A stretch of DNA of 26,055 bases, from NCBI GenBank assembly GCA_036676395.1, contig JAKFCY010000004.1, positions 1 through 26,055 on the forward strand, written 5' to 3'. The notes under the pieces were generated by a model, which saw nothing but the letters and a program-made list of their open reading frames with translations, searched no databases and was not told the DNA's origin. Each line of letters starts with the position of its first letter. Position 1 is the first letter of the stretch. The position numbers and the translations under genes were made by a program. This document shows, piece after piece, positions 1 through 8,162 of the stretch. The stretch comes from Bdellovibrio sp. (GTDB lineage: Bacteria > Bdellovibrionota > Bdellovibrionia > Bdellovibrionales > Bdellovibrionaceae).

Positions 1-88
1 TGAGAATTCAATTCAAGTAGCTGATGATGCACTTTACCCAGTCGATTTTGTGCGTACTTGGCGTGTTGGTATGAGAGCAGATTTTTAA
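1..88 (+). CDS. 3' end of a TonB-dependent outer-membrane receptor (probable BtuB-like cobalamin receptor), partial
   Basis: Frame from base 2 reads ENSIQVADDALYPVDFVRTWRVGMRADF* (stop 86-88). The amphipathic terminal strand ending in Phe is typical of OM beta-barrels, and it lies directly upstream of btuM/bluB. Confidence 0.65.
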   Translation, partial: ENSIQVADDALYPVDFVRTWRVGMRADF

Positions 89-170
89 TTGATTCTTTTA
101 AGCCACATCTCAAAATGTTATGATGGCAACAATACAAGGTCGCAATTGCGGCCTTCTTGAAAGGCTTAAT

Positions 171-761
171 ATGTACGCATCTTGGATTTCAAACAATTTT
201 TCCAATAAAAACCTGATTATCGTAGGGCTCATCACATTTTTTATGTTGCTTACGCGCGGCAGTCATGTGCTCACTAACGTTTCATTGCCAGATGCTAGCT
301 TGGCTTTGTTATTAATTGGCGGTTTATATTTACGCAAAGCCTTATGGTTTGCTTTCTTTGTAGTGCTGGCTACAGCCATTGATTTTGGCGCTGCTGCAAT
401 TGATAGCTTTCAAGCCTTTTGCTTAACGCCTGGCTACTGGGGCATGCTACCAACTTATGCAGCCCTATGGCTAGCAGGCGTTTGGTTAAGCAAACAAAAT
501 GATCCTTTACAAGTGGTTAAGTTTGCAGCTATCGGTATTTCCGCAACTGTATTGGCTTTTGTAATTTCCACACAGACTTACTACCTATTTTCTGGCCGCT
601 TTCCTGCCGAAGGTATTGTAGAGTCCATGCAGCATGGTTGGGAATATCTGCCAAGCTTCTTAGGCTTCACTATGATGTATTTGGCTGGTTTCTGGGTGCT
701 GGCAAAAACTTTGCCGAAATATTTTTACATTCAAACCGAAAAAGCTAGTTCAGTAGCATAA
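171..761 (+). CDS. btuM: BtuM-like cobalamin transporter (solitary ECF S-component type)
   Basis: Hydrophobic protein with LLTRGSH..SLPDAS and FCLTPGY motifs (conserved Cys) in a cobalamin context. The ORF track starts at 120; ATG 171 preceded by GAAAGG is the more likely start. Confidence 0.8.
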   Translation: MYASWISNNFSNKNLIIVGLITFFMLLTRGSHVLTNVSLPDASLALLLIGGLYLRKALWFAFFVVLATAIDFGAAAIDSFQAFCLTPGYWGMLPTYAALWLAGVWLSKQNDPLQVVKFAAIGISATVLAFVISTQTYYLFSGRFPAEGIVESMQHGWEYLPSFLGFTMMYLAGFWVLAKTLPKYFYIQTEKASSVA

Positions 762-780
762 CTGGCAATGGAGTTTATGC

Positions 781-814
781 ACCGCGTTAGAGTTAAAACC
801 TAACGCGGTTTTTT
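781..814 (+). terminator. Rho-independent terminator-like hairpin
   Basis: ACCGCGTTAG-9nt-CTAACGCGGT perfect 10-bp stem followed by a T run, directly before the bluB ATG. Confidence 0.7.
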
Positions 815-1483
815 ATGGCTAATCATGCATTTACTGAATCAGAAGTCGCCGCAGTTTACCGAGCGATTGCCGAACGCCGTGATATGCGGCATTTTGCGAA
901 GGGTGAGATTGCGCCAACGCTTTTGACCAAGCTGCTCAATGCAGCACATCGAGCACCTAGTGTGGGTTTAATGCAGCCATGGCGTTTTATTCGCATCACC
1001 TCCCAACAACAACGTCATAAGGTTTATGACTTGGTACAGCAAGAGCGCATTAAAACGGCGCAAGCGCTTGGCGAATATGAAAATACGACGCGTATGGCTG
1101 AATTCATGCGGCTCAAGGTGGAAGGTATATTGGAGTGCAGTGAACTCTTGGTGGTGGCGCTTTGTGATAAACGTGAACAGCATATTTTCGGACGTCGTAC
1201 ACTTCCGGAAATGGATATGGCATCAGTCGCCTGCGCAATCCAAAACTTGTGGCTGGCCGCACGCGCTGAGGGCTTAGGCATGGGGTGGGTCAGCATGTTT
1301 GATCCTGTAGCATTGGGGAGCCTGCTTAACATCCCCGCCGACGCAAAAGCCATCGCTATCCTTTGCCTAGGTCATGTTGATCGATTTTATGCGCAGCCGA
1401 TGTTGGTAGAAGAAGCCTGGGCAAAAGAAAAGCCATTGTCTGAAATGGTCATGGAAAATCAATGGGTACTGAACAATGAATAA
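815..1483 (+). CDS. bluB: 5,6-dimethylbenzimidazole synthase (flavin destructase, nitroreductase fold)
   Basis: RRDMRHF, APSVGLMQPWRF, KVEGI, CAIQNLWLAARAEGLGMGWVS motifs. Confidence 0.93.
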   Translation: MANHAFTESEVAAVYRAIAERRDMRHFAKGEIAPTLLTKLLNAAHRAPSVGLMQPWRFIRITSQQQRHKVYDLVQQERIKTAQALGEYENTTRMAEFMRLKVEGILECSELLVVALCDKREQHIFGRRTLPEMDMASVACAIQNLWLAARAEGLGMGWVSMFDPVALGSLLNIPADAKAIAILCLGHVDRFYAQPMLVEEAWAKEKPLSEMVMENQWVLNNE

Positions 1484-2003
1484 TGTCACTTTAGTTTTAG
1501 GAGGAGCACGCTCGGGCAAAAGTGCGTATGCAGAAAATTTAGCCATAACCTCCGGTTTACCTGTTACGTATGTTGCCACTGCGCAAGTTTATGATAGTGA
1601 ATTTCAAACTCGCATTCAGCATCATCAGCAACGCCGCCCATCCGGTTGGAAATTAATTGAGGAACCACACTACCTGGCTAAAACACTGGTTGATACAGCA
1701 AATGAAAAGCAGTGCATTGTTGTTGATTGCTTAACGCTATGGCTTGCGCAATGGATATGCCCAGACTGTAAGCCGCCCAAGAACTCAAGTTGGTCACAAG
1801 AACGTGAAAATCTACTAGAAATATTACCTACTGTGCCTGGCACCATTATTTTAGTGAGCAATGAAGTAGGCATGGGAATCGTACCTTTAGGTGAGATCAA
1901 CCGTGAGTTTCAAGATGAGCAAGGCCGGTTAAATCAAGCCATTGCCAAACTTGCTACACATGTAAATTTTATAGCTGCTGGCTTACCACTGCAGCTTAAA
2001 TAA
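1476..2003 (+). CDS. cobU: Adenosylcobinamide kinase / cobinamide-phosphate guanylyltransferase
   Basis: GGARSGKS P-loop, RIQHHQQRRP, VDCLTLW, VSNEVGMGIVP, GRLNQ motifs. Confidence 0.95.
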   Translation: MNNVTLVLGGARSGKSAYAENLAITSGLPVTYVATAQVYDSEFQTRIQHHQQRRPSGWKLIEEPHYLAKTLVDTANEKQCIVVDCLTLWLAQWICPDCKPPKNSSWSQERENLLEILPTVPGTIILVSNEVGMGIVPLGEINREFQDEQGRLNQAIAKLATHVNFIAAGLPLQLK

Positions 2004-2006
2004 CCC

Positions 2007-2597
2007 TTACAAATTTACAAAGTTGATTCTCGGAATCTCGCCGTTAAACTCCAGTTGTGTAAGGCTGGCATGATCAATCGACAATCTAAACAATCGCTTT
2101 AAGGGAATCTGCATGACCTCTGCAATCAAAGCGCGAATCAACCCGCCATGGGTGATAACGAGCACATGCTTACCTTTTGAGTGACCACACATTTCATCCA
2201 AAAAACTTTTAGCGCGCATATGTAGCTGCGTAAAAGTTTCACCATTCGGTGGCGCCAAGTTGGCATAATCCTGTGCCCAGGCATCAAATACCTCTCGCGG
2301 AATTGTGTCCCAAGCACTTAATTCCCAATCACCAAAATGTAGTTCTTTCAGCCGGTCATCTACTTTAATTGTATGTCGCGTCAATCCCAAGTCAGCATCC
2401 AGACACAAGGCTTCGGCGAGCATTTGGCAGCGTAGTAGCGGGCTGGAGTAAACAGCATCAAAATGCAGGTTAAGTAATTTACTTTTTAATCCCGCCAGCT
2501 CTTGCTCAAATAAATGCGATACCGCAACGTCACTTTGCCCATAGCAAATACCCGCTTCAATATCTAACGAGGTATGCCTGACAAGCGTAATTTTCAT
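2007..2597 (-). CDS. cobC: Alpha-ribazole phosphatase (histidine phosphatase family)
   Basis: LVRHT, YSSPLLRC, ELHFGDWE, ITHGGLIR motifs; downstream of cobT-cobS. Confidence 0.88.
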   Translation of the reverse strand: MKITLVRHTSLDIEAGICYGQSDVAVSHLFEQELAGLKSKLLNLHFDAVYSSPLLRCQMLAEALCLDADLGLTRHTIKVDDRLKELHFGDWELSAWDTIPREVFDAWAQDYANLAPPNGETFTQLHMRAKSFLDEMCGHSKGKHVLVITHGGLIRALIAEVMQIPLKRLFRLSIDHASLTQLEFNGEIPRINFVNL

Positions 2598-2601
2598 AGC
2601 C

Positions 2602-3366
2602 TTATACCCATAGCGAAATACTCGCTAGCAAACCTACATAAAAAGCCACTTCAGTGAGTTGCTGCATCGCCCCTAAACAATCGCCGGTATAGCCGCCGAT
2701 CCTGCGTTTAATCTTTGCACTGAACCAGCACCAAACAATTACTACAGGGACTAACGCTAACAACACATATAGCTTCATAAATGCCAGTGGTAATAAACCA
2801 AAAAAAGTAGCCAGAATTAATTCTGGTAACTGTAACTGCGTTGCTAAAGGTTTAGCTTTGCCTTCTGGTTTTACGTAGCTTTGCGTTGCCATCACCAGCA
2901 CTGCACACAGGCGGCTGAGGGCATGCCCTGCAATTAAAGTCATAGGCACCAGGCTAGCCACCTGATAGCTGAGGGCCTGGTATTTGGTCAGCACCACTAG
3001 CAACAAGCCTATAGCCCCGTAACTACCCAACCTCGAATCGACCATAATAGTGAGCACTTGCTCTTTAGTCCAGCCTCCACCCAAGCCGTCAGTTGCGTCA
3101 GCGAGTCCATCTTCATGAAATGCGCCTGTCACTAAAATAGTAGCTGCCATGCTGAGCAATACTGCGATTTCTAAAGGTAATAAAAGGTCGCTTATCCAAA
3201 ACACCAATGCACCGAATGCCCCTACCAAAATGCCGATGAGCGGAAAATAGCGAGTGGCTTTATTTAAATTGGCCTCCACAAAATGGTTTAAGGTAATTGG
3301 CACGCGTGTAAAAAACATGAGTGCGGTGAGGAAATACTGCCATTCTTGCTTGATAAACAGCTTCAT
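2602..3366 (-). CDS. cobS: Adenosylcobinamide-GDP ribazoletransferase (cobalamin synthase)
   Basis: FFTRVP, TGAFHEDGLADATDG, DSRLGSYG, GGYTGDCLGA motifs; membrane protein. Confidence 0.95.
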   Translation of the reverse strand: MKLFIKQEWQYFLTALMFFTRVPITLNHFVEANLNKATRYFPLIGILVGAFGALVFWISDLLLPLEIAVLLSMAATILVTGAFHEDGLADATDGLGGGWTKEQVLTIMVDSRLGSYGAIGLLLVVLTKYQALSYQVASLVPMTLIAGHALSRLCAVLVMATQSYVKPEGKAKPLATQLQLPELILATFFGLLPLAFMKLYVLLALVPVVIVWCWFSAKIKRRIGGYTGDCLGAMQQLTEVAFYVGLLASISLWV

Positions 3367-4406
3367 AACGCTGATTTCTGTGAAACATTGGCCGAATCGA
3401 ACGATGCCATCTCATTTAAAAAATTTACGGCGCCAGCAATCAAGGGATATGCTAGGGCAGCTCCAGTGCCCTCTCCCAGCCGCAAATCAAGATTTAGCAA
3501 AGGTTTTGCATTCAGGAATTTCAGCATGCGTTGGTGACCAGACTCATCAGAACAATGTGAAAAAATACAGTATGCAAGAATATTAGGCTGCATTTTCACA
3601 GCAACCAATAATGCCGCCGTTGAAATAAACCCATCGATTAACAACAGACAACGTTTTTCTGCCGCTTGTAACATTGCACCAACCATCATAGCAATCTCGA
3701 ACCCACCAAAAGTCGCCAATACATGAGCAGGATCACCACTGTCCAGATTATGTAATTGAAGTGCTTGGGCAAGTAATGTCGTTTTTTTAATCACCCCAGT
3801 ATCATCCAGCCCCGTGCCGCGACCAACACATATCTCGATAGGTAGGGTGCACATCACACTCATAATGCAACTTGCAGATGAAGTATTGGCAATACCCATT
3901 TCCCCGAAGCCGAATACATTAGTACCTTGCGCAATTTCCGCACTCACGATCTCGGCACCACGTTGAATAGCCATGACGCACTCATCCAACGTCATGGCCT
4001 GCTCATACAAGAAATTGCGCGTACCCATGCCCACTTTGGCATTTAATAAACTGTCGTGCGGTTCGAACTGATGATTTACGCCGCTATCGATAACCCGTAG
4101 TGCCATTGCATTTTGCCTGGCAAATACATTAATGGCCGCTCCACCCTGCAAGAAATTTAATACCATTTGTGCAGTAACCGCTTGAGGGTAAGGGCTCACG
4201 CCTGAATGAGCAATACCATGGTCGCCGGCAAAGACCAAAATGCTAGGATTTTGTAATTTAGGAGTTAGTGTTTGTTGAATTAAACCGAGCTGTAAGGCAA
4301 TATTTTCCAGCTGGCCTAAAGCACCAGTCGGCTTGGTTTTGTGATTGATTTTATCGATCAAGGCCGTTTTTAATGTTTGGTCTAAAGCTGGGATATCAAA
4401 TTTCAT
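3363..4406 (-). CDS. cobT: Nicotinate-nucleotide--dimethylbenzimidazole phosphoribosyltransferase
   Basis: KTKPTGALGQLE, FAGDHG, GEMGIANT, GRGTG, LDLRLGEGTGA motifs. Confidence 0.96.
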   Translation of the reverse strand: MKFDIPALDQTLKTALIDKINHKTKPTGALGQLENIALQLGLIQQTLTPKLQNPSILVFAGDHGIAHSGVSPYPQAVTAQMVLNFLQGGAAINVFARQNAMALRVIDSGVNHQFEPHDSLLNAKVGMGTRNFLYEQAMTLDECVMAIQRGAEIVSAEIAQGTNVFGFGEMGIANTSSASCIMSVMCTLPIEICVGRGTGLDDTGVIKKTTLLAQALQLHNLDSGDPAHVLATFGGFEIAMMVGAMLQAAEKRCLLLIDGFISTAALLVAVKMQPNILAYCIFSHCSDESGHQRMLKFLNAKPLLNLDLRLGEGTGAALAYPLIAGAVNFLNEMASFDSANVSQKSAL

Positions 4407-4489
4407 GGTGGAATTTTACATGACAACGTGTGGCTGAATGTGCGCATTTGAAAGCACATAAATTCAGGTTAATTTCTTTTAATAATCCT

Positions 4490-4525
4490 TTGGAGAATCG
4501 CCAGTAAGTTTGCTATAATGCGCGA
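4490..4525 (+). promoter_or_regulatory. Sigma70 promoter of tRNA-Phe
   Basis: TTGGAG (4490)-18 nt-TATAAT (4514) with extended -10 TG and a GC-rich discriminator GCGCG, typical of stable-RNA promoters. Confidence 0.65.
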
Positions 4526-4567
4526 CTTGCAAACAAAACCGACGTTTGTAGACTGATTGAAAAATCA

Positions 4568-4643
<76 letters not shown>

Positions 4644-4649
4644 ACATCT

Positions 4650-4680
4650 AAAAGGGTCTAGTTTTTACTAGGCCTTTTCT
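4650..4680. terminator. Hairpin terminator after tRNA-Phe (possibly bidirectional, overlaps the integrase stop)
   Basis: AAAAGGGTCTAG-loop-CTAGGCCTTTT; a variant copy lies at ~20367-20395. Confidence 0.6.
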
Positions 4681-5729
4681 ATTTGTGGAACGTGACCAAA
4701 ACGTGACAAATTAATCACATTGTCGCCGGTTTGGATATCTAATCGACTAGCAGCGTGTGCAAGATGTTCTGTTGCAAACTTTGCATATCGATCAACCATA
4801 GACCGCGTTTTCCAACCACCCAGTTCTTTCAGTTCATCACAACTTGTTCCAGCTTGACGATGCCAAGAAGCCCAGGTGTGACGTAAGTCATGGAATCTAA
4901 AATCCTCTAGTTCCGCTTTCTTAAGTGCAGTGATCCAAGCATGATTCGAGATGTTGTAACGAATCGGTTCACTGTTATAAGTAAAACAGAATTTCGGGTG
5001 CTTCCCAACTTGATCTGTAAGAACTGCAACTGCACTTTTATTTAATGGAACCCCTCTCGGTGTACCGTTCTTAGTTTGGTTTAGCCAAGCAGTATTTCTA
5101 TTTAAATCGACTCTATTCCATTCCAAGCCCAATATTTCCCGAGCGCGGCATCCTGTCGCTAAAGCAAACTTCACAACAGCCGCTAAATGGTCTGGACATA
5201 CGGCTAACAACTTGTCCGCCTCTTCTTTAGTCAACCATCGATCACGCTCAACTTCGCCCGTTAACATGCGAATTTTAGGGATATGATCTATCCACCGCCA
5301 TTCATCACGTGCCATACGCAATAAGCCGCGTAAGACGGCTAAATATCGATTAACGGTTGCTGGCATATTCCCTTTTTTAAGTTCTTTTTCGATGACCAAC
5401 CAAACAACGTCGCCATTAATTTGATTGAGCATTAAGTCACCTAAATAAGGATGTAAGTTCTCACATATCCGTTTCACATCACGATAACTTTTGAGCCTTG
5501 CTTTAATTTCGAGATACCTTACAACAGCTTCTTGCCATGAGCGATGGGGCTTAATTCCGAAATGAATTGATTTATATGCATCTAGCTTTATTTTAGCTAA
5601 ATAAGCTTCAGCTTCTTCTCGGGTTTCAGTCCCAGAACTTTGGCGTACTCTTTTGCCGTTCGAGAGTGTTGCACTGATCCACCAATAAGGGGAATCCTCT
5701 CTTTTGTAGATTCCGGTTTCACGAGCCAT
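4668..5729 (-). CDS. int: Phage-type tyrosine integrase
   Basis: N-terminal arm-binding-like region (GIYKREDSPYWW..RVRQSSGT); catalytic motifs TGCRARE, TKNG, HDLRH, LGGW, RYA. Confidence 0.95.
   Translation of the reverse strand: MARETGIYKREDSPYWWISATLSNGKRVRQSSGTETREEAEAYLAKIKLDAYKSIHFGIKPHRSWQEAVVRYLEIKARLKSYRDVKRICENLHPYLGDLMLNQINGDVVWLVIEKELKKGNMPATVNRYLAVLRGLLRMARDEWRWIDHIPKIRMLTGEVERDRWLTKEEADKLLAVCPDHLAAVVKFALATGCRAREILGLEWNRVDLNRNTAWLNQTKNGTPRGVPLNKSAVAVLTDQVGKHPKFCFTYNSEPIRYNISNHAWITALKKAELEDFRFHDLRHTWASWHRQAGTSCDELKELGGWKTRSMVDRYAKFATEHLAHAASRLDIQTGDNVINLSRFGHVPQIEKA
4691..4709. promoter_or_regulatory. Putative integrase arm-type binding sites (direct repeat of CGTGAC)
   Basis: CGTGACCAAAACGTGACAA ~90 bp from the anticodon-loop core. 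The same CGTGAC motif recurs in every att-like repeat in the window and at 20406-20424. Confidence 0.6.
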
Positions 5730-5941
5730 TTTGTTTCCTTTCCGGCTCGCCCTCTCTCGTGCTGTTTATATTCCTCTAACCAAAGATCCAAGTCAACTTT
5801 GTCATATACCAGACGGCGACCAAACTTCACCACTGGAATTTCAAGTTCAGTCAGGAGCGTGACACCTATGCCCAGGTAACACGCAGCCTCTTCTTTAGAA
5901 AGACAACGAACACACGGCAAGGGCAAGTCGTTCTCTTTCAT
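5597..5941 (-). CDS. Excisionase / recombination directionality factor-like HTH protein
   Basis: LSKEEAACYLGIG..KFGRRLVYDKVDLDLWL winged-helix signature; lies between rep and int and overlaps the int 5' end. Confidence 0.75.
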   Translation of the reverse strand: MKENDLPLPCVRCLSKEEAACYLGIGVTLLTELEIPVVKFGRRLVYDKVDLDLWLEEYKQHERGRAGKETKWLVKPESTKERIPLIGGSVQHSRTAKEYAKVLGLKPEKKLKLI

Positions 5942-5943
5942 TG

Positions 5944-7257
5944 TTATTCACCGTCGGATGCTTTGCGATAGGCTTCAGCGGCTTCATCTATATCAAAATC
6001 ATTCGGCTCATTGTTGTCTAGCGTATTGAATGCCCTGGCTTTTAAATCAACTTTAGAGCTCACCAATTCTTCAAAGCTTTGGCCTAAATCCATTGCCTTG
6101 TTATTGATGTAATGATCCAAAGCCATGAAGAACAAATGTATAGAATCTTCATAATCTCTACGACCATGTGCGGCCATCCAAGACGTCACCCCACTGAAAG
6201 CACGATTAAGGGCGTCACTATCTTTAGGCGTCCTCTCATTCGAGAAGCGTTGCTTAAGTTCACCCCCGGGCGTTTCCCAATCAAGCGTGGCTAATGCAGA
6301 CCATAGCGGATGAATTGCCCAGCGTGAACGGGTTTTGTCATCAGGATTAGGGATAGTAAGTTTGAGCCATTCGGTAGTAGCGTAAGACCATAGCCCGTTT
6401 AGATTGGCTAATGCTTCCGTGAGCTTTGCGACATCTTTTTGAATGAGGAATTGACGCTTAAACTCAAACTCTAAACGCCATATTGGTTCTCCTGCATTCC
6501 AGCCAGCTTTTTGCCATAGTGGAATTAGATAACCTTTACCACTTTTAATGATCTCATTGAGCTTGTCATATAAACGACCAGCCATGACACTTCCTAAACC
6601 AATAGACCAGCCAGTGAATTTATTATCGATAGCATAAGCATTAACACTCGCTGCATGCGTGACCCAGGCTTCACGGTTCCAGGCTTCCATATTTTGATCG
6701 GAAACGAAATCGACAAACAGATCAATACGACTGACATTCGCCGTTGATTCAATGGCACCAAGCTTCGATAGCACGTCTGAGAGATGTTTTTCTGCTTCAG
6801 TTGGAGTCAGATAGGTTAAGTATTCACTTGAGAGCTTTACATAGGCCATAGGCACGGATTTGCCTGGACGGGATAACTGAATGCGAAAGGCATTGTCCTC
6901 AAGTACGTAGTTAAACATTGAAGTGCCTTTGTCTTTTACTTCAAACAGGTGGTCACCTATTTTGAATTGAGCTTTAGCTTGTTCTGATTCTTTGTCTGAT
7001 TGTGCTAAGCGTTTGAGATTGATTAACTGCTCATTGATTTGGGGATACAGTTCGCCTTGATAGGAAAGATAGAGACTATCAACTCCCCATCGTAAGAACT
7101 TAACAGCTCCATTATCTGTATTTTCTTTATTTATGCTGTTATTAGTAGCTGTGTTACTAGGCACCGCTACCGCTTCGCGGTCACCGTCCGCCTGCTGCGC
7201 AGTGCTGGCGGGTTCCCGTGTATCGGTTGAAAGTGTATTGTTTGACGGCTCTGTCAT
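5944..7257 (-). CDS. Rolling-circle replication initiator / relaxase of the Rep_trans family
   Basis: GVDSLYLS, VSRIDLFVDF, TGWSIG, GRLYDK, IWRLEFE motifs in the canonical order. Confidence 0.8.
   Translation of the reverse strand: MTEPSNNTLSTDTREPASTAQQADGDREAVAVPSNTATNNSINKENTDNGAVKFLRWGVDSLYLSYQGELYPQINEQLINLKRLAQSDKESEQAKAQFKIGDHLFEVKDKGTSMFNYVLEDNAFRIQLSRPGKSVPMAYVKLSSEYLTYLTPTEAEKHLSDVLSKLGAIESTANVSRIDLFVDFVSDQNMEAWNREAWVTHAASVNAYAIDNKFTGWSIGLGSVMAGRLYDKLNEIIKSGKGYLIPLWQKAGWNAGEPIWRLEFEFKRQFLIQKDVAKLTEALANLNGLWSYATTEWLKLTIPNPDDKTRSRWAIHPLWSALATLDWETPGGELKQRFSNERTPKDSDALNRAFSGVTSWMAAHGRRDYEDSIHLFFMALDHYINNKAMDLGQSFEELVSSKVDLKARAFNTLDNNEPNDFDIDEAAEAYRKASDGE
7145..7170 (-). other. Candidate double-strand origin / nick-site hairpin inside the rep 5' end
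   Basis: Minus strand GTAGCGGTG-CCTAGTAA-CACAGCTAC (8/9 stem), next to further GC hairpins. Rep_trans nick sites (pT181 dso, ICEBs1 oriT) lie in hairpin loops within the 5' part of the gene. Confidence 0.5.
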
Positions 7258-7330
7258 TTTCGAACTCCGTTAGTTGATGGAGTCCGAATCTTCGGATTTT
7301 TAATTAATTAAAATTGGGCGCTAGGGAATT

Positions 7331-7359
7331 AAATACTACGGTGAGCATGCGTAGTATTT
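7331..7359. promoter_or_regulatory. Perfect 10-bp inverted repeat upstream of rep (operator or terminator)
   Basis: AAATACTACG-9nt-CGTAGTATTT. Confidence 0.45.
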
Positions 7360-7398
7360 TTGAGCGGCTTAAAATCTAGGAAAACGAATTATTAGAGA

Positions 7399-8136
7399 TT
7401 ATTGTTCGGTACTATTTTTCTTAGAGGGACGTCCTACTCTGGCAGAGACTTCTTTAGGTGCAACTTCCTTTAGCCATCTACGTACGACATCTTTTGAGTA
7501 ACGCTGACCATCACCTAATTCTTGGACTTCATTTTTCTTGACCATATCGGCAATGGTTGTTGTTTGATCTAGTTTCCAAAGCTGCATAGCTATCTGCTGG
7601 CATGCAATTTTAGCTTTTTGAACATATCTTAAATTATCTGACGTCTTTACGTTATTAGTCTCATCGACATTTAAGTTTTCTATATATTCCTGCTTAGCTT
7701 CTTCTGACAAATCTCTAAACATGTAGCTATGCCCAGGAGGGAATTCATTTTCACTAAGTTGATACTCCATATGCCAATCTTTTGGAAACCAAAATTCGGG
7801 AAGGGGTGCATTCATCCTTTCACACCACTGTTTGAAATCATAGCGATTAATAGCAGCCCATTTCAAAAGGTCTGTACTTATAGAATTTCCAGAAGTCGTT
7901 GAGAAAAAATCGTCAACCCAATAATAGAAAGATAATTTGGCTTCGTCTTTCTGATATTTTCTTTTTTCCAAAGAAATAGACTCACAATAAAGTTCAGCTT
8001 TGTGTATAGCGTCAATCAAAGTTCTAGCAATGTCTTCAGCTTTTAGAGGCATACGAAGATAAAATTTCCTAGGATCGTACCCCGCCCATCTGTTGCTAAT
8101 ATCCCACACAGATAAATAATCGACTAATATTGCCAT
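7399..8136 (-). CDS. Hypothetical element-core protein, possibly DNA-binding
   Basis: 245-aa ORF co-oriented with rep/xis/int; basic C-terminus with a helix-turn-helix-like region and a GRP motif (VGRPSKK). Confidence 0.7.
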   Translation of the reverse strand: MAILVDYLSVWDISNRWAGYDPRKFYLRMPLKAEDIARTLIDAIHKAELYCESISLEKRKYQKDEAKLSFYYWVDDFFSTTSGNSISTDLLKWAAINRYDFKQWCERMNAPLPEFWFPKDWHMEYQLSENEFPPGHSYMFRDLSEEAKQEYIENLNVDETNNVKTSDNLRYVQKAKIACQQIAMQLWKLDQTTTIADMVKKNEVQELGDGQRYSKDVVRRWLKEVAPKEVSARVGRPSKKNSTEQ

Positions 8137-8162
8137 ATTCTCATTTTAATGAACCTAGAATA

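Noticed and set aside
4407..4567. Cobalamin riboswitch upstream of cobT
   Set aside because: The region is short, holds the tRNA promoter, and shows no B12-box-like motifs.
4668..5729. Integrase as an integron integrase (IntI)
   Set aside because: It has a phage-type N-terminal arm-binding region, no evident IntI-specific insertion before HDLRH, and sits at a tRNA with an excisionase.
8130..8162. TTG start at 8130 for the ATPase
   Set aside because: It would overlap the divergent gene's start; ATG 8163 gives the typical 'YIRKLSVKSLF' N-terminus of this ATPase family.
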